Assembly: GCA_007571115.1 (NCBI GenBank) | Contig: RKSA01000255.1 | Span: 1-33,497, forward strand | Length of the DNA: 33,497 nt | Direction of reading: 5' to 3' | Source of the DNA: Gammaproteobacteria bacterium | GTDB lineage: Bacteria; Pseudomonadota; Gammaproteobacteria; Pseudomonadales; Pseudohongiellaceae | Part shown: positions 9,104 to 20,435 of the stretch, one piece after another | How the letters are laid out: each line of letters opens with the position of its first letter | Position numbering within the stretch: the stretch's first letter is position 1 | Translations under genes and position numbers: made by a program | The notes under the pieces: model-generated | Told to the model about the DNA's origin: nothing | What the model saw: only the letters and a program-made list of their open reading frames with translations | The model's database searches: none

Positions 9104-9625
9104 GTGAACAGACGGAAATATCAGGTCAGCCTTGCCGAGGACATCGCCGAAAAGGACGCCAACTACGTGCGGCTGCTGCGGCTATTGCCCGAGCTGCGAA
9201 TCTGGCGCGAGCAGTCGCGGCGTTCGTCGGCGGAAGGATTCGAGAGGCAGGCGGCTGCCGAATTGACTGGCCATTGCTCGACCTTCCTGCTGCCTGGCCG
9301 CGATGGCAGCGACATCGTCATGCGAATTCGCATCACCGAGGTGTTCCGTTACACGACGAGCCTGGAAATCGTGCAGCAGCCCGAAGATCCCGAGCGCCTC
9401 GCCAATCCCGCCTTGCTCGTGCGCGTCTATCACGATGTCGACTCCACCGAGGTGCTTTCATATCAGGGCCAGCAGGTCTTGCAGGCGCGTTACGGGCAGC
9501 CGAACAGGCGCATGTACCAGGTCAACGAGAAAGCGCTGGTGAACCGCTTCCTCGGCGAGCTGCTCAATCATTGCCTGCAATGCGGGCGAGTCCGCGCTGG
9601 CCGGGAAATGGCGCTGCAAGCCTGA
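9104..9625 (+). CDS. yqiB: DUF1249 (YqiB-like) protein (173 aa)
   Basis: Similar to my recollection of E. coli YqiB (NYVRLLRLLP, FRYTTSLEIVQ, VRVYHD, NRFLGELLNHCLQCG). As in E. coli, it sits upstream of parE. It has a GTG start with AGGAA upstream. Confidence 0.7.
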   Translation: MNRRKYQVSLAEDIAEKDANYVRLLRLLPELRIWREQSRRSSAEGFERQAAAELTGHCSTFLLPGRDGSDIVMRIRITEVFRYTTSLEIVQQPEDPERLANPALLVRVYHDVDSTEVLSYQGQQVLQARYGQPNRRMYQVNEKALVNRFLGELLNHCLQCGRVRAGREMALQA

Positions 9626-9787
9626 GTCGCGCCGCATCAAGAAAATCCGCGCCTGCGCGATAAGACTACAGGGAGCTCCGCTTCTCCGGGGCTTGCCATG
9701 CAGCGCGTGGCGAGGCCGCCAGATGCCCCGATGCGCCGACTCCGTGCCATCCCTGCAATCCCGAAGACAGAACGAGTACAGGAAGCG

Positions 9788-11698
9788 ATGGGAAACAGCT
9801 ATAACGCCGACGCGATCGAAGTCCTCGCCGGGCTCGACCCGGTCAGGAAACGGCCCGGCATGTATACCGACATCGCGCGGCCGAACCACCTCGTCCAGGA
9901 AGTTGTCGACAACAGCGTCGACGAGGCCCTGGCCGGCCATGCCAGCGAAGTCAGCGTCGACCTGCACCGCGACGGCGCCATCGAGGTCAGCGACGATGGC
10001 CGCGGCATGCCCGTCGACATCCATCCCGAAGAGGGAGTCAGCGGCGTCGAGCTGATCCTGACGCGGCTCCACGCCGGCGCCAAGTTTTCCGACGGAAGCT
10101 ACCGTTTTTCCGGTGGCCTGCATGGTGTTGGCGTATCGGTTGTCAATGCGCTTTCGAGCGAGCTCGAAGTCGAGGTGCGGCGGGGCGGCAAGATCCACGA
10201 GATGAGATTCCGCGACGGCGAAAAGACCGGCAAGCTCGCGGTGACCGGAGTCACCGGCGCGCGCAATACCGGCACGCGAATCCGTTTCGTGCCGAACGGC
10301 CGCTATTTCGACAGCACCCGCATCGCCACGGCAAAGCTGAAACACGCCCTGCGCGCCAAGGCCGTGCTCTGCCCGGGCCTGACGGTGCGATTCCTCGACC
10401 ATGCCGCGCCGAACGGCGAAGCCGACAGCGAAACATGGCAGTACCAGGATGGGATCGAGGACTATCTCCGCCAGGCCACCGCCGAGTTGGAAACAATTCC
10501 CGCAGAGCCTTTCACCGGCTCGGTGCAAGGCAACGACGAAACCGTCGACTGGGCCTTGCAATGGCTTCCTTCGGGGGGCGCCGGAATTTGCGAAAGCTAT
10601 GTCAACCTGATTCCGACGCCGCTTGGCGGCACCCATGTCAGCGGCCTGCGGACCGGCCTGCTCGAAGCCCTGCGCGAGTTCTGCGAGTTCCGCAACCTGA
10701 CTCCGCGAGGATTGCGGCTGACCCCCGACGACGTGTTCGAAAACCTCAGCTATGTGCTTTCCTCGAAGCTCCAGGAGCCGCAGTTTTCCGGCCAGACCAA
10801 GGAGCGGCTCGCCTCGCGCAGATGCGCGGTGTTCGTCGCCGGAGTCATCAAGGACGCTTTCAGCCTGTGGCTCAACCAGCATACCGCCGAGGCCGAAGTC
10901 ATCGCCGAGCTGGTGATCGGCAATGCCCAGAGGCGAACCAAGGCCGGCAAGAAGGTCGTCCGCAAGAAGGTCGGCTCGGGACCGGCGCTGCCAGGCAAGC
11001 TCGCCGATTGCGCGACCGAGGACGTCGCCCAGGGCGAGCTGTTTCTCGTCGAAGGCGATTCCGCTGGCGGCTCGGCGAAACAGGCGCGAGACCGCGAGTT
11101 CCAGGCGATCCTGCCGTTGCGAGGCAAGATTCTCAACACCTGGGAGGTCGATTCGGGTCAAATCCTCGCCTCCCAGGCGGTTCACGACATCGCTGTTGCC
11201 CTCGGCGTCGATCCCGGCTCGAAGGACATCCGCAGCCTGCGTTACGGCAAGATCTGCATCCTCGCCGACGCCGATTCCGACGGGCTGCATATCGCCACGC
11301 TGTTGTGCGCACTGTTCCTGAAGCATTTCCGACCGGTGCTCGAAGCCGGCCATGTCCACGTCGCGATGCCGCCGCTGTTCCGCATCGATGCCGCCAAGGA
11401 AGTTCACTACGCTCTCGACGAGGAAGAAAAGAACGGCATTCTCGACAAGCTCGCCGCCGAAAGGAAATCGGTCAGGCCCAATGTGCAACGCTTCAAGGGG
11501 CTCGGCGAAATGAACCCCTTGCAATTGCGCGAAACGACCATGGCGCGGGAAACCCGCCGCCTCGTGCAACTAACCCTCGACAGCAAGGCCGACGAATCGG
11601 CCGATGCCGTGATGGACATGCTGCTGGCGAAAAACCGTGCGGCCGATCGCAAGAGCTGGCTCGAACATAGCGGCAACGAAGCCGAACTGACCGATTGA
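9788..11698 (+). CDS. parE: DNA topoisomerase IV subunit B (636 aa)
   Basis: The GHKL ATPase N-terminus is present ([41 protein letters not shown]). The TOPRIM domain shows [15 protein letters not shown] and [12 protein letters not shown]. The gene lacks the long GyrB insertion and is followed directly by parC. I place the start at MGNSYNAD with AGGAAG upstream. Confidence 0.9.
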   Translation: MGNSYNADAIEVLAGLDPVRKRPGMYTDIARPNHLVQEVVDNSVDEALAGHASEVSVDLHRDGAIEVSDDGRGMPVDIHPEEGVSGVELILTRLHAGAKFSDGSYRFSGGLHGVGVSVVNALSSELEVEVRRGGKIHEMRFRDGEKTGKLAVTGVTGARNTGTRIRFVPNGRYFDSTRIATAKLKHALRAKAVLCPGLTVRFLDHAAPNGEADSETWQYQDGIEDYLRQATAELETIPAEPFTGSVQGNDETVDWALQWLPSGGAGICESYVNLIPTPLGGTHVSGLRTGLLEALREFCEFRNLTPRGLRLTPDDVFENLSYVLSSKLQEPQFSGQTKERLASRRCAVFVAGVIKDAFSLWLNQHTAEAEVIAELVIGNAQRRTKAGKKVVRKKVGSGPALPGKLADCATEDVAQGELFLVEGDSAGGSAKQARDREFQAILPLRGKILNTWEVDSGQILASQAVHDIAVALGVDPGSKDIRSLRYGKICILADADSDGLHIATLLCALFLKHFRPVLEAGHVHVAMPPLFRIDAAKEVHYALDEEEKNGILDKLAAERKSVRPNVQRFKGLGEMNPLQLRETTMARETRRLVQLTLDSKADESADAVMDMLLAKNRAADRKSWLEHSGNEAELTD

Positions 11699-11708
11699 GC
11701 TCCCGTCC

Positions 11709-13967
11709 ATGACCTTGCGACTGGAAATGCCGCCCGACGATATCGAGCAAATCCCCTTGCCTGCCTACACCCGGCAGGCGTATCTCAACTATTCGATGTA
11801 CGTCATCAATGATCGCGCCCTGCCAAGCCTCGGCGACGGTCTCAAGCCCGTGCAGCGGCGCATCGTCTACGCGATGTCCGAACTGGGCCTGAAAGCTGCG
11901 GCAAAATTCAAGAAATCGGCGCGCACCATCGGCGACGTGATCGGCAAGTTCCACCCCCATGGCGACTCGGCGTGCTACGAGGCCATGGTCCACATGGCGC
12001 AGCCTTTCAATTATCGCTATCCGCTGGTCGACGGCCAGGGCAACTGGGGCTCCCAGGACGACCCCAAGTCCTTCGCCGCGATGCGCTACACCGAATCGCG
12101 CCTGCACGGCTACGCCGAGTTGCTGCTCGCCGAACTTGGCCAAGGCACGGTGGACTGGAAACCCAACTTCGACGGCGCCTTGCGCGAGCCGGAAATCCTG
12201 CCAGCCCGGCTGCCCAATGTGCTGCTCAACGGCGGCAGCGGAATCGCCGTGGGAATGGCGACCGACATTCCGCCACACAACCTGCGCGAAGTAGCCGATG
12301 CCTGCGTGCATTTGCTCGACCACCCCGAAGCCGACGAGCGGCAGCTCTGCGAATTCATTCGCGGGCCGGATTTCCCCACAGGCGCCGAACTCGTCAACTC
12401 CAGGGAGGAGCTCCTGGAAATCTACCGGACCGGTCGCGGCGCCTTGAAGGCCCGGGCTTGTTGCAGGCTCGAAAGCGGCGAGATCGTCATCACCGCCCTT
12501 CCATACCAGGTCTCGGGAGCCCGCGTGCTCGAACAGATCGCCGCCCAGATGCAAAAGAAAAAGCTGCCGATGGTCGTTGATCTGCGCGATGAGTCGGATC
12601 ACGAAAACCCGACTCGCATCGCCATCGTGCTCAAATCGAACCGGGTCGACAAGGAGGCGGTGCTGTCGCACCTGTTCGCGACCACCGACCTGGAAAAGCA
12701 GTATCGAGTCAACTTCAACGTCATCGGCAACAATCTGCGGCCCCAGGTGAAGAGCCTCGCAAACCTGCTGCGCGAATGGCTCGATTTCCGCGTGCTTGCC
12801 GTGCGCCGCCGGCTCAAGTTCCGCCTGGAAAAGATCCTCTCGCGCCTGCACGTTCTCGATGGGCTGCTCGTCGCGTATCTCAACATCGACGAGGTGATCC
12901 GGATCGTTCGCGAAGAGGACCAGCCCAGGGAAGCCTTGATGGAGCGCTTCGGCATCAGCGAGAAGCAGGCCGAAGCGATCCTCGAACTGCGTCTGAAGCA
13001 GTTGGCCAAACTCGAGGAGATCCGCATCAAGGCCGAGCAGCGCGAGTTGCGCGAGGAACGCGACCAGCTCGGCAAGCTGCTCGAATCCCGGGCGAAGCTG
13101 AATGATGCCATCAAGGAGGAAATCCGCCAGGACCGGGAACGCTACGGCGATTCGCGCCGCACGCCGATCCGCCAGCGGCAGGAGGCCCGCGCGTTCAGTG
13201 AATCGGAGTTGCTTCCCACCGAACCCGTGACGGTGGTGCTGTCCGAGCGCGGCTGGGTTCGCGCAGCGCGAGGGCACGACATCGACCCTGCCAGCCTGCA
13301 ATACAAGTCTGGCGACGCTTTCAAGCTGGCGGCAAGGGGCAAGAGCAACCAGGCGGCGATTTTTCTCGACTCGACCGGCCGGGCATACGCCTTGCCCGCC
13401 CACGCGCTGCCTTCGGCCCGGGGCCAGGGAGAGCCGCTTTCAGGCAAGCTCAACCCGCCATCGGGGGCGGTTTTCGCAGGCGTCGTGATCGGCGCTCCCG
13501 ACCAGGAGGTATTGCTCGCGAGTGACGCCGGCTATGGCTTCGTCAGCCGCATCGACGACTTGACGAGCAAGAACCGCAATGGCAAGGCCGTGCTGCGTTT
13601 GCCGGCCGGGGCCGAAGTGCTGCCTCCGGTCTCGGTCGAGGACGGTGCAGAGCCGCTCGTCGTCAGCGTGACCAACGAAGGCCGGATGCTTGCGTTCGCC
13701 CTGGCGCAACTGCCGAGGCTGGCGCGCGGCAAAGGCAACCGCATCATCGGCATTGCCTCGGCCCGGGCCAGCCAGCGCCTCGAATACGTCGTCGCGATCA
13801 CCGTGCTGGCGCCCAGGGACTTGCTCGTCATCCACGCCGGGGCGCGAATTCGCAAAATGCGGCGCGACGATTTCGCCGCCTATCTCGGCGAGCGCGGTCG
13901 CCGGGGGGCGAAGCTGCCACGGGGCTTTCAAAAAGTCGACCGGCTCGAACGAATCCCGCAAGGCTGA
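11709..13967 (+). CDS. parC: DNA topoisomerase IV subunit A (752 aa)
   Basis: The N-terminus reads [32 protein letters not shown]. The active-site region AAMRYTE, which carries the catalytic Tyr, is present. The size and the parE-parC order support topoisomerase IV rather than gyrase. Confidence 0.9.
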   Translation: MTLRLEMPPDDIEQIPLPAYTRQAYLNYSMYVINDRALPSLGDGLKPVQRRIVYAMSELGLKAAAKFKKSARTIGDVIGKFHPHGDSACYEAMVHMAQPFNYRYPLVDGQGNWGSQDDPKSFAAMRYTESRLHGYAELLLAELGQGTVDWKPNFDGALREPEILPARLPNVLLNGGSGIAVGMATDIPPHNLREVADACVHLLDHPEADERQLCEFIRGPDFPTGAELVNSREELLEIYRTGRGALKARACCRLESGEIVITALPYQVSGARVLEQIAAQMQKKKLPMVVDLRDESDHENPTRIAIVLKSNRVDKEAVLSHLFATTDLEKQYRVNFNVIGNNLRPQVKSLANLLREWLDFRVLAVRRRLKFRLEKILSRLHVLDGLLVAYLNIDEVIRIVREEDQPREALMERFGISEKQAEAILELRLKQLAKLEEIRIKAEQRELREERDQLGKLLESRAKLNDAIKEEIRQDRERYGDSRRTPIRQRQEARAFSESELLPTEPVTVVLSERGWVRAARGHDIDPASLQYKSGDAFKLAARGKSNQAAIFLDSTGRAYALPAHALPSARGQGEPLSGKLNPPSGAVFAGVVIGAPDQEVLLASDAGYGFVSRIDDLTSKNRNGKAVLRLPAGAEVLPPVSVEDGAEPLVVSVTNEGRMLAFALAQLPRLARGKGNRIIGIASARASQRLEYVVAITVLAPRDLLVIHAGARIRKMRRDDFAAYLGERGRRGAKLPRGFQKVDRLERIPQG

Positions 13968-14043
13968 GCCGGGGCTGCGGCCTTGACGAGAGTCATTCCG
14001 AATCGTGGGCAGACGGCCCAAAAGCCAAAGGGAAAGGCCGGCA

Positions 14044-16269
<2,226 letters not shown>

Positions 16270-16281
16270 GGAGTTTTCCGG

Positions 16282-16323
16282 ACTGGTTTTGTACGGCTGG
16301 TGTTGCACGGCTAGTTTTGCACG
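16282..16323 (-). repeat. 14-nt tandem repeat x3 in the icd 5' leader/promoter, plus a degenerate fourth unit at 16270-16281 that overlaps the RBS
   Basis: Read on the minus strand, the sequence is CGTGCAAAACTAGC CGTGCAACACCAGC CGTACAAAACCAGT CCGGAAAACTCC ATG. Confidence 0.8.
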
Positions 16324-16448
16324 ATAGATGCTGGCGAAATGCTGCGTGAACGACCAGGGCAGTCCCCACGCAACACCGCAGCGCAACGCCGCGCAAAAAG
16401 TCGCGTATTATAGCAGGCGGCATCTTGCGGAAACGCGGACACGAACAG

Positions 16449-16973
16449 ATGATTGCGACAGCATTGCCGAACTTCTTCCTGCGCGAGGCGCAAGCCGACG
16501 ATTGCGCACTGATTCTCGCCTTGATCCGGGAGCTGGCCGAATACGAGAAGCTGCCCCACGAAGTCGTCGCCAGCGAGGCCGTATTGCGCGAAACGCTGTT
16601 CGGCGAACGCCCTGCGGCGGAAGTCATCTTCGCCGAGTATCGTCGGCAAACCGTCGGCTATGCGCTGTTTTTCGGCAACTTTTCCACTTTCACCGGCAGG
16701 CCGGGAGTCTATCTCGAAGACCTGTATGTGAAGCCGCAGATGCGCGGTCGCGGCTTTGGCAAATGCCTCTTGGCCTATGTGGCGAAGCTGGCGGTGCAGC
16801 GCCGTTGCTCGCGGCTGGAATGGTCGGTGCTCGACTGGAACGAGCCTTCGATCCGCTTCTATCGTTCGCTGGGGGCGGTCGCCATGGATGAATGGACCGT
16901 GCAACGCCTGGCAGGCGCCGCGCTTGAAGAAGCGGCAGCGATGTTCGAGCCGGCAGCGGAGCAGGCGTCGTGA
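16449..16973 (+). CDS. GNAT N-acetyltransferase, SSAT-like (diamine/polyamine acetyltransferase family, 174 aa)
   Basis: Matches the spermidine/spermine N1-acetyltransferase pattern as I recall it (ADDCALILALIRELAEYEKL, VYLEDLYVKPQMRGRGFGKCLL, WNEPSIRFYRSLGA). I prefer the ATG at 16449 over the TTG at 16425. Confidence 0.8.
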   Translation: MIATALPNFFLREAQADDCALILALIRELAEYEKLPHEVVASEAVLRETLFGERPAAEVIFAEYRRQTVGYALFFGNFSTFTGRPGVYLEDLYVKPQMRGRGFGKCLLAYVAKLAVQRRCSRLEWSVLDWNEPSIRFYRSLGAVAMDEWTVQRLAGAALEEAAAMFEPAAEQAS

Positions 16974-17827
16974 GCAGAACCGTCTACCTGAATGGCGAAT
17001 TCCTCGCCGAAGAGCAAGCCCGGGTGTCGATTTTCGACCGGGGTTTCGTCTTCGGCGACGGCGTGTACGAAGTCGCTCCGGTGATTCGCGGCGGCCTGAC
17101 GGATCGCGCCTATCTGCTCGAGCGCCTCGCGCGCAGTCTTGCCGAGCTGCGCATGGCCTGGCCCTGCGCGAAGGACCGGTTCGTCGGCGTGCTGCAAGAG
17201 CTCGTCGCGCGCAACTCGCTGACCGAAGGCATCGTCTACGTCCAGGTGACTCGCGGCGCTGCAGATCGGCAGTTCACGTTCCCCGAGGGAGCGCCGCCAA
17301 CGATGGCTGCGTACACCCAGGCGATGCCGCTACTCGACAATGCTGCGGCACGCGACGGAATCAAGGTCGCCTCCACCGACGAGCTGCGCTGGCAGCGGCG
17401 CGACATCAAGTCGCTGAACCTGCTCGCCCAGGTGCTCGCCAAGCAAGGCGCCGCCGAGCAAGGCGCCGCCGAGGCGTGGATGGTGGAAGACGGTCTGGTC
17501 ACCGAAGGCGCTTCGTCGTCGGCGTATATCGTCAGCGGCGGTGTGGTGGTCACCCGGCCGTTGTCGAATCGCATCCTGCCAGGAATTCGCCGCCGCCGAC
17601 TGCTCGAACTCGCCGCCGAGGCCGGCATCGACTGCCAGCAAAGGCCTTTCAGCCTCGCAGAAGCCAAGGCCGCCGACGAGGCCTTCATCAGCAGCGCCAC
17701 GACGATCGTGCAAGGCGTCGTCGATATCGACGGAAGCCGCATCGGCGATGGCAGGCCCGGGCCGGTGAGCAGCCGGCTGCGGGCTTTGTATGTAAAGCAT
17801 ATGCTTGCCGAAGTCGGCGCTTCCTGA
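16970..17827 (+). CDS. dat: Class IV (D-amino-acid / branched-chain type) aminotransferase, most like D-alanine aminotransferase (285 aa)
   Basis: Motifs present are IFDRGFVFGDGVYEV, YVQVTRG, and IKSLNLLAQVLAKQ with the PLP lysine. The GTG start overlaps the GNAT stop (GTGA). Confidence 0.75.
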   Translation: MSRTVYLNGEFLAEEQARVSIFDRGFVFGDGVYEVAPVIRGGLTDRAYLLERLARSLAELRMAWPCAKDRFVGVLQELVARNSLTEGIVYVQVTRGAADRQFTFPEGAPPTMAAYTQAMPLLDNAAARDGIKVASTDELRWQRRDIKSLNLLAQVLAKQGAAEQGAAEAWMVEDGLVTEGASSSAYIVSGGVVVTRPLSNRILPGIRRRRLLELAAEAGIDCQQRPFSLAEAKAADEAFISSATTIVQGVVDIDGSRIGDGRPGPVSSRLRALYVKHMLAEVGAS

Positions 17828-17834
17828 GGCGTGC

Positions 17835-18791
17835 TCAAACGCGGCCAATGGGAAAGGCGAGCACTTCGTTGATCGATCCCGCACCGGCGACCAGCATGAG
17901 CAGGCGGTCGACTCCGAGCGCGACTCCAGCGCAAGGCGGCAGCCCCTGTTCGAGCGCCGCGAGCAGCTTTTCGTCGGGTGCTGGCGTGGTGCGCCCGAGT
18001 TGCGCGCGCTGTTGCCGGTCACGCGCGAATCTGGTGCGCAATTCCCCGGCATCGAGTTCTTCATGGTAGCCATTGGCGAGCTCGATGCCGCAGCAAAACA
18101 GCTCGAACCTTCGCGCCACGCGTACACCGGAACGGTCGCGCTCGATCTTCGCCAGCGCGGCCTGGTCGGCCGGATAGTCGTGGATGAAGCAGAACTCGGG
18201 CAAGAGCGGCTCGATGATCTGTGCCAGGAGCAGTTGCAGGCAATCGGTAGCGGCCAGAGCCGATCCGTCAAGCGAAAGCCGCGCCCCGGCCAGTTCCCGC
18301 AATGCATCGAGCCTGATCTCGTGGGGGTCGATTTCGAGATGGCGCAGGAACACTTGCCGATAGCTGAGGCGCACAACGCTGGCCTGTGGCACGAAGTCGA
18401 GCAGCAACTGCTCGACTTCGTCCATGAGTTGCACAAGATCGAAACCGGGCCGGTACCATTCGAGCATCGTGAACTCGGGGTTGTGCCGGGCGCCGGCCTC
18501 GCCCTGGCGGAAACTCTTGCAGATCTGGTAGCAGGCGCCAGTCCCTGCCGCTAGCAGGCGCTTCATCGCGTATTCGGGAGAGGTTTGCAGGAAAAAGCGC
18601 GTCGAACTACCCGGCAATTGCAACTCGGCGGGAATCGAGTCGATATGCACGTCGGTGACGGTGGCTGGCGCGAGCAGCGGCGTTTCGACTTCGAGAACTT
18701 GCCTGGCGGCGAAAAAGCGGCGCAGCCGGGCCAGCGTCTCGGCTCGCAGCCGCAGCAATTCGGGTTTCGCGGCCGGGCGCCAATCGGCCAC
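17835..18791 (-). CDS. epmA: EF-P--(R)-beta-lysine ligase EpmA (PoxA/GenX, 318 aa)
   Basis: This is a class II LysRS-like catalytic core without an anticodon domain. Matching stretches are [60 protein letters not shown] and [14 protein letters not shown]. It has a GTG start 7 nt after the efp stop. Confidence 0.9.
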   Translation of the reverse strand: MADWRPAAKPELLRLRAETLARLRRFFAARQVLEVETPLLAPATVTDVHIDSIPAELQLPGSSTRFFLQTSPEYAMKRLLAAGTGACYQICKSFRQGEAGARHNPEFTMLEWYRPGFDLVQLMDEVEQLLLDFVPQASVVRLSYRQVFLRHLEIDPHEIRLDALRELAGARLSLDGSALAATDCLQLLLAQIIEPLLPEFCFIHDYPADQAALAKIERDRSGVRVARRFELFCCGIELANGYHEELDAGELRTRFARDRQQRAQLGRTTPAPDEKLLAALEQGLPPCAGVALGVDRLLMLVAGAGSINEVLAFPIGRV

Positions 18792-18798
18792 GGCAGGG

Positions 18799-19371
18799 CT
18801 ACCTTGCGACCCGGTTCTGATACTCCCCGGTGCGGGTGTCGACTCGCAACACGTCGCCTTCGTTGACGAATAGCGGAACCTTGACGATGGCGCCGGAACT
18901 CAAGGTCGCCGGCTTCGAGCCGCCTTGGGCAGTGTCGCCTTTCAGGCCCGGGTCGGTCTGCACGACTTCGAGCTCGACGAAATTGGGCGGGATCACCGAG
19001 ATCGGCCTGTCGTTCCAGAGCACTACCTGGTACGACTCCTGAGGCTTGAGCCAGTTCTTCGCCTCGCTGATGGCGTTGGCGTCAGCCGCAAGCTGTTCGT
19101 AGCTGCCGTCGGTTTTCATGAAATGCCAGAATTCGCCATCTTCGTAGAGGTACTCCATGTCGAGCTCGTGTACGTCGGCGCCTTCGAGGGACTCGCCCGA
19201 CTTGAAGGTCCGCTCCCAGACCCGGCCATTGCGCAAGTTGCGGAACTTGACCCGATTGAAAGCCTGGCCCTTGCCGGGCTTGACGAACTCGTTTTCCAGG
19301 ATGGCGCAAGGCTCGCTGTCGACGAGCAGTTTCAGGCCGCTCTTGAACTCGTTGGTTGAATAGGATGTCAT
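18799..19371 (-). CDS. efp: Elongation factor P (190 aa)
   Basis: Collinear with E. coli EF-P, including the modified-lysine loop ([14 protein letters not shown]), [28 protein letters not shown] and [10 protein letters not shown]. Confidence 0.95.
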   Translation of the reverse strand: MTSYSTNEFKSGLKLLVDSEPCAILENEFVKPGKGQAFNRVKFRNLRNGRVWERTFKSGESLEGADVHELDMEYLYEDGEFWHFMKTDGSYEQLAADANAISEAKNWLKPQESYQVVLWNDRPISVIPPNFVELEVVQTDPGLKGDTAQGGSKPATLSSGAIVKVPLFVNEGDVLRVDTRTGEYQNRVAR

Positions 19372-19416
19372 ATCATCTTTGGTCCGTATTGTCCCTGTTC
19401 GTCTTGCAGGCCTTCA

Positions 19417-20406
19417 ATGATCGAGCCGATGCAAACCTGGCAGCAGGCGCTGTCCGACCTGATTACCGATCCGCGGGAGCTCGCCGAGTTCCTGCAGCTT
19501 GACCCGCGCCTCGACCCGATCGGCGAGCGCACACTCGGGCAGTTCCCCCTGAAAACTCCCCGGGCCTTCGCCGCGCGCATGGAGAAAGGCAACTGGCAAG
19601 ATCCGCTGTTGCGCCAGGTCTGGCCTTCCCATGTGGAACAGCTCGCCGCGCCGGGCTTTGTCGCCGACCCGCTGCGCGAGCGCAATTATAATCCGCGCTC
19701 GGGCCTGCTGCACAAGTACCAGGGCCGCGTGCTGCTCATCGCCGCGCCGCATTGCGCGATTCATTGCCGCTATTGTTTCCGCCGCGAATTCGACTATCGG
19801 GAAAATTCTCCGTCACGCGAGCAATGGCGCAAGGCATTCGAGCATATCGGCAGCGATGCGAGCATCGAGGAAGTCATTCTCAGCGGCGGCGACCCGCTCG
19901 CGCTGGCCGACGCGCAATTGCGCTGGCTGATCGAGTCCCTGGCGCAGATCCCCCACATTCGCACCTTGCGCATCCACACGCGGCTTCCCGTGGTCATCCC
20001 CGAACGCGTCACCGACGGCCTGCTCGACATTCTCGCCAGTAGCGGACGGCAAGTCGTCATGGTGCTGCATTGCAACCATGCCCGGGAGATCGATCATGCC
20101 GTCGCCACGGCGCTCGCCCGCCTGGGGGGCGCCGGCGCCATCCTGCTCAACCAGTCGGTGCTGCTCAAGGGAGTCAACGACGACGCCGAAACGCTTTCCG
20201 CGCTGTCGAAGCGGCTTTTTGCCGAAAACGTTCTACCCTATTACCTGCACTTCCCGGATCAGGTCGTCGGCACGCATCATTTCGCCGTGACCCTCGAGCG
20301 CGCTGAAGCGATCGTGCGCGCAATGCAGGCGGCCTTGCCAGGCTACCTGGTTCCGAGACTCGTGCGAGAAGATCCCGGCGCAGCGGCCAAGACCCGGCTC
20401 GCCTGA
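19417..20406 (+). CDS. epmB: EF-P beta-lysylation protein EpmB (lysine 2,3-aminomutase family radical SAM, 329 aa)
   Basis: The radical SAM cluster motif CAIHCRYCFRR is present. The KamA-family context matches (LLHKYQGRVLLI, ILSGGDPL, RIHTRLPVV). The gene is divergent from efp, as in E. coli. Confidence 0.9.
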   Translation: MIEPMQTWQQALSDLITDPRELAEFLQLDPRLDPIGERTLGQFPLKTPRAFAARMEKGNWQDPLLRQVWPSHVEQLAAPGFVADPLRERNYNPRSGLLHKYQGRVLLIAAPHCAIHCRYCFRREFDYRENSPSREQWRKAFEHIGSDASIEEVILSGGDPLALADAQLRWLIESLAQIPHIRTLRIHTRLPVVIPERVTDGLLDILASSGRQVVMVLHCNHAREIDHAVATALARLGGAGAILLNQSVLLKGVNDDAETLSALSKRLFAENVLPYYLHFPDQVVGTHHFAVTLERAEAIVRAMQAALPGYLVPRLVREDPGAAAKTRLA

Positions 20407-20435
20407 ATGGTGGCATTTCCAGGGAGAATCCGTCC

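Noticed and set aside
7316-13403. Long minus-strand ORFs (583, 703 and 636 aa) overlapping the histidine kinase, parE and parC
   Set aside because: They are antisense shadows of genes with strong family motifs. The translations are low complexity and rich in Arg, Gly, Asp and Ala.
17444-17473. Perfect 15-bp tandem duplication (caaggcgccgccgag x2) inside the aminotransferase gene, giving QGAAEQGAAE
   Set aside because: Compared with my recollection of Bacillus D-amino-acid aminotransferase (AKQEAHEKGCYEA), the segment has the normal length. It is therefore not an insertion and is probably chance similarity in a GC-rich Ala/Gly stretch.
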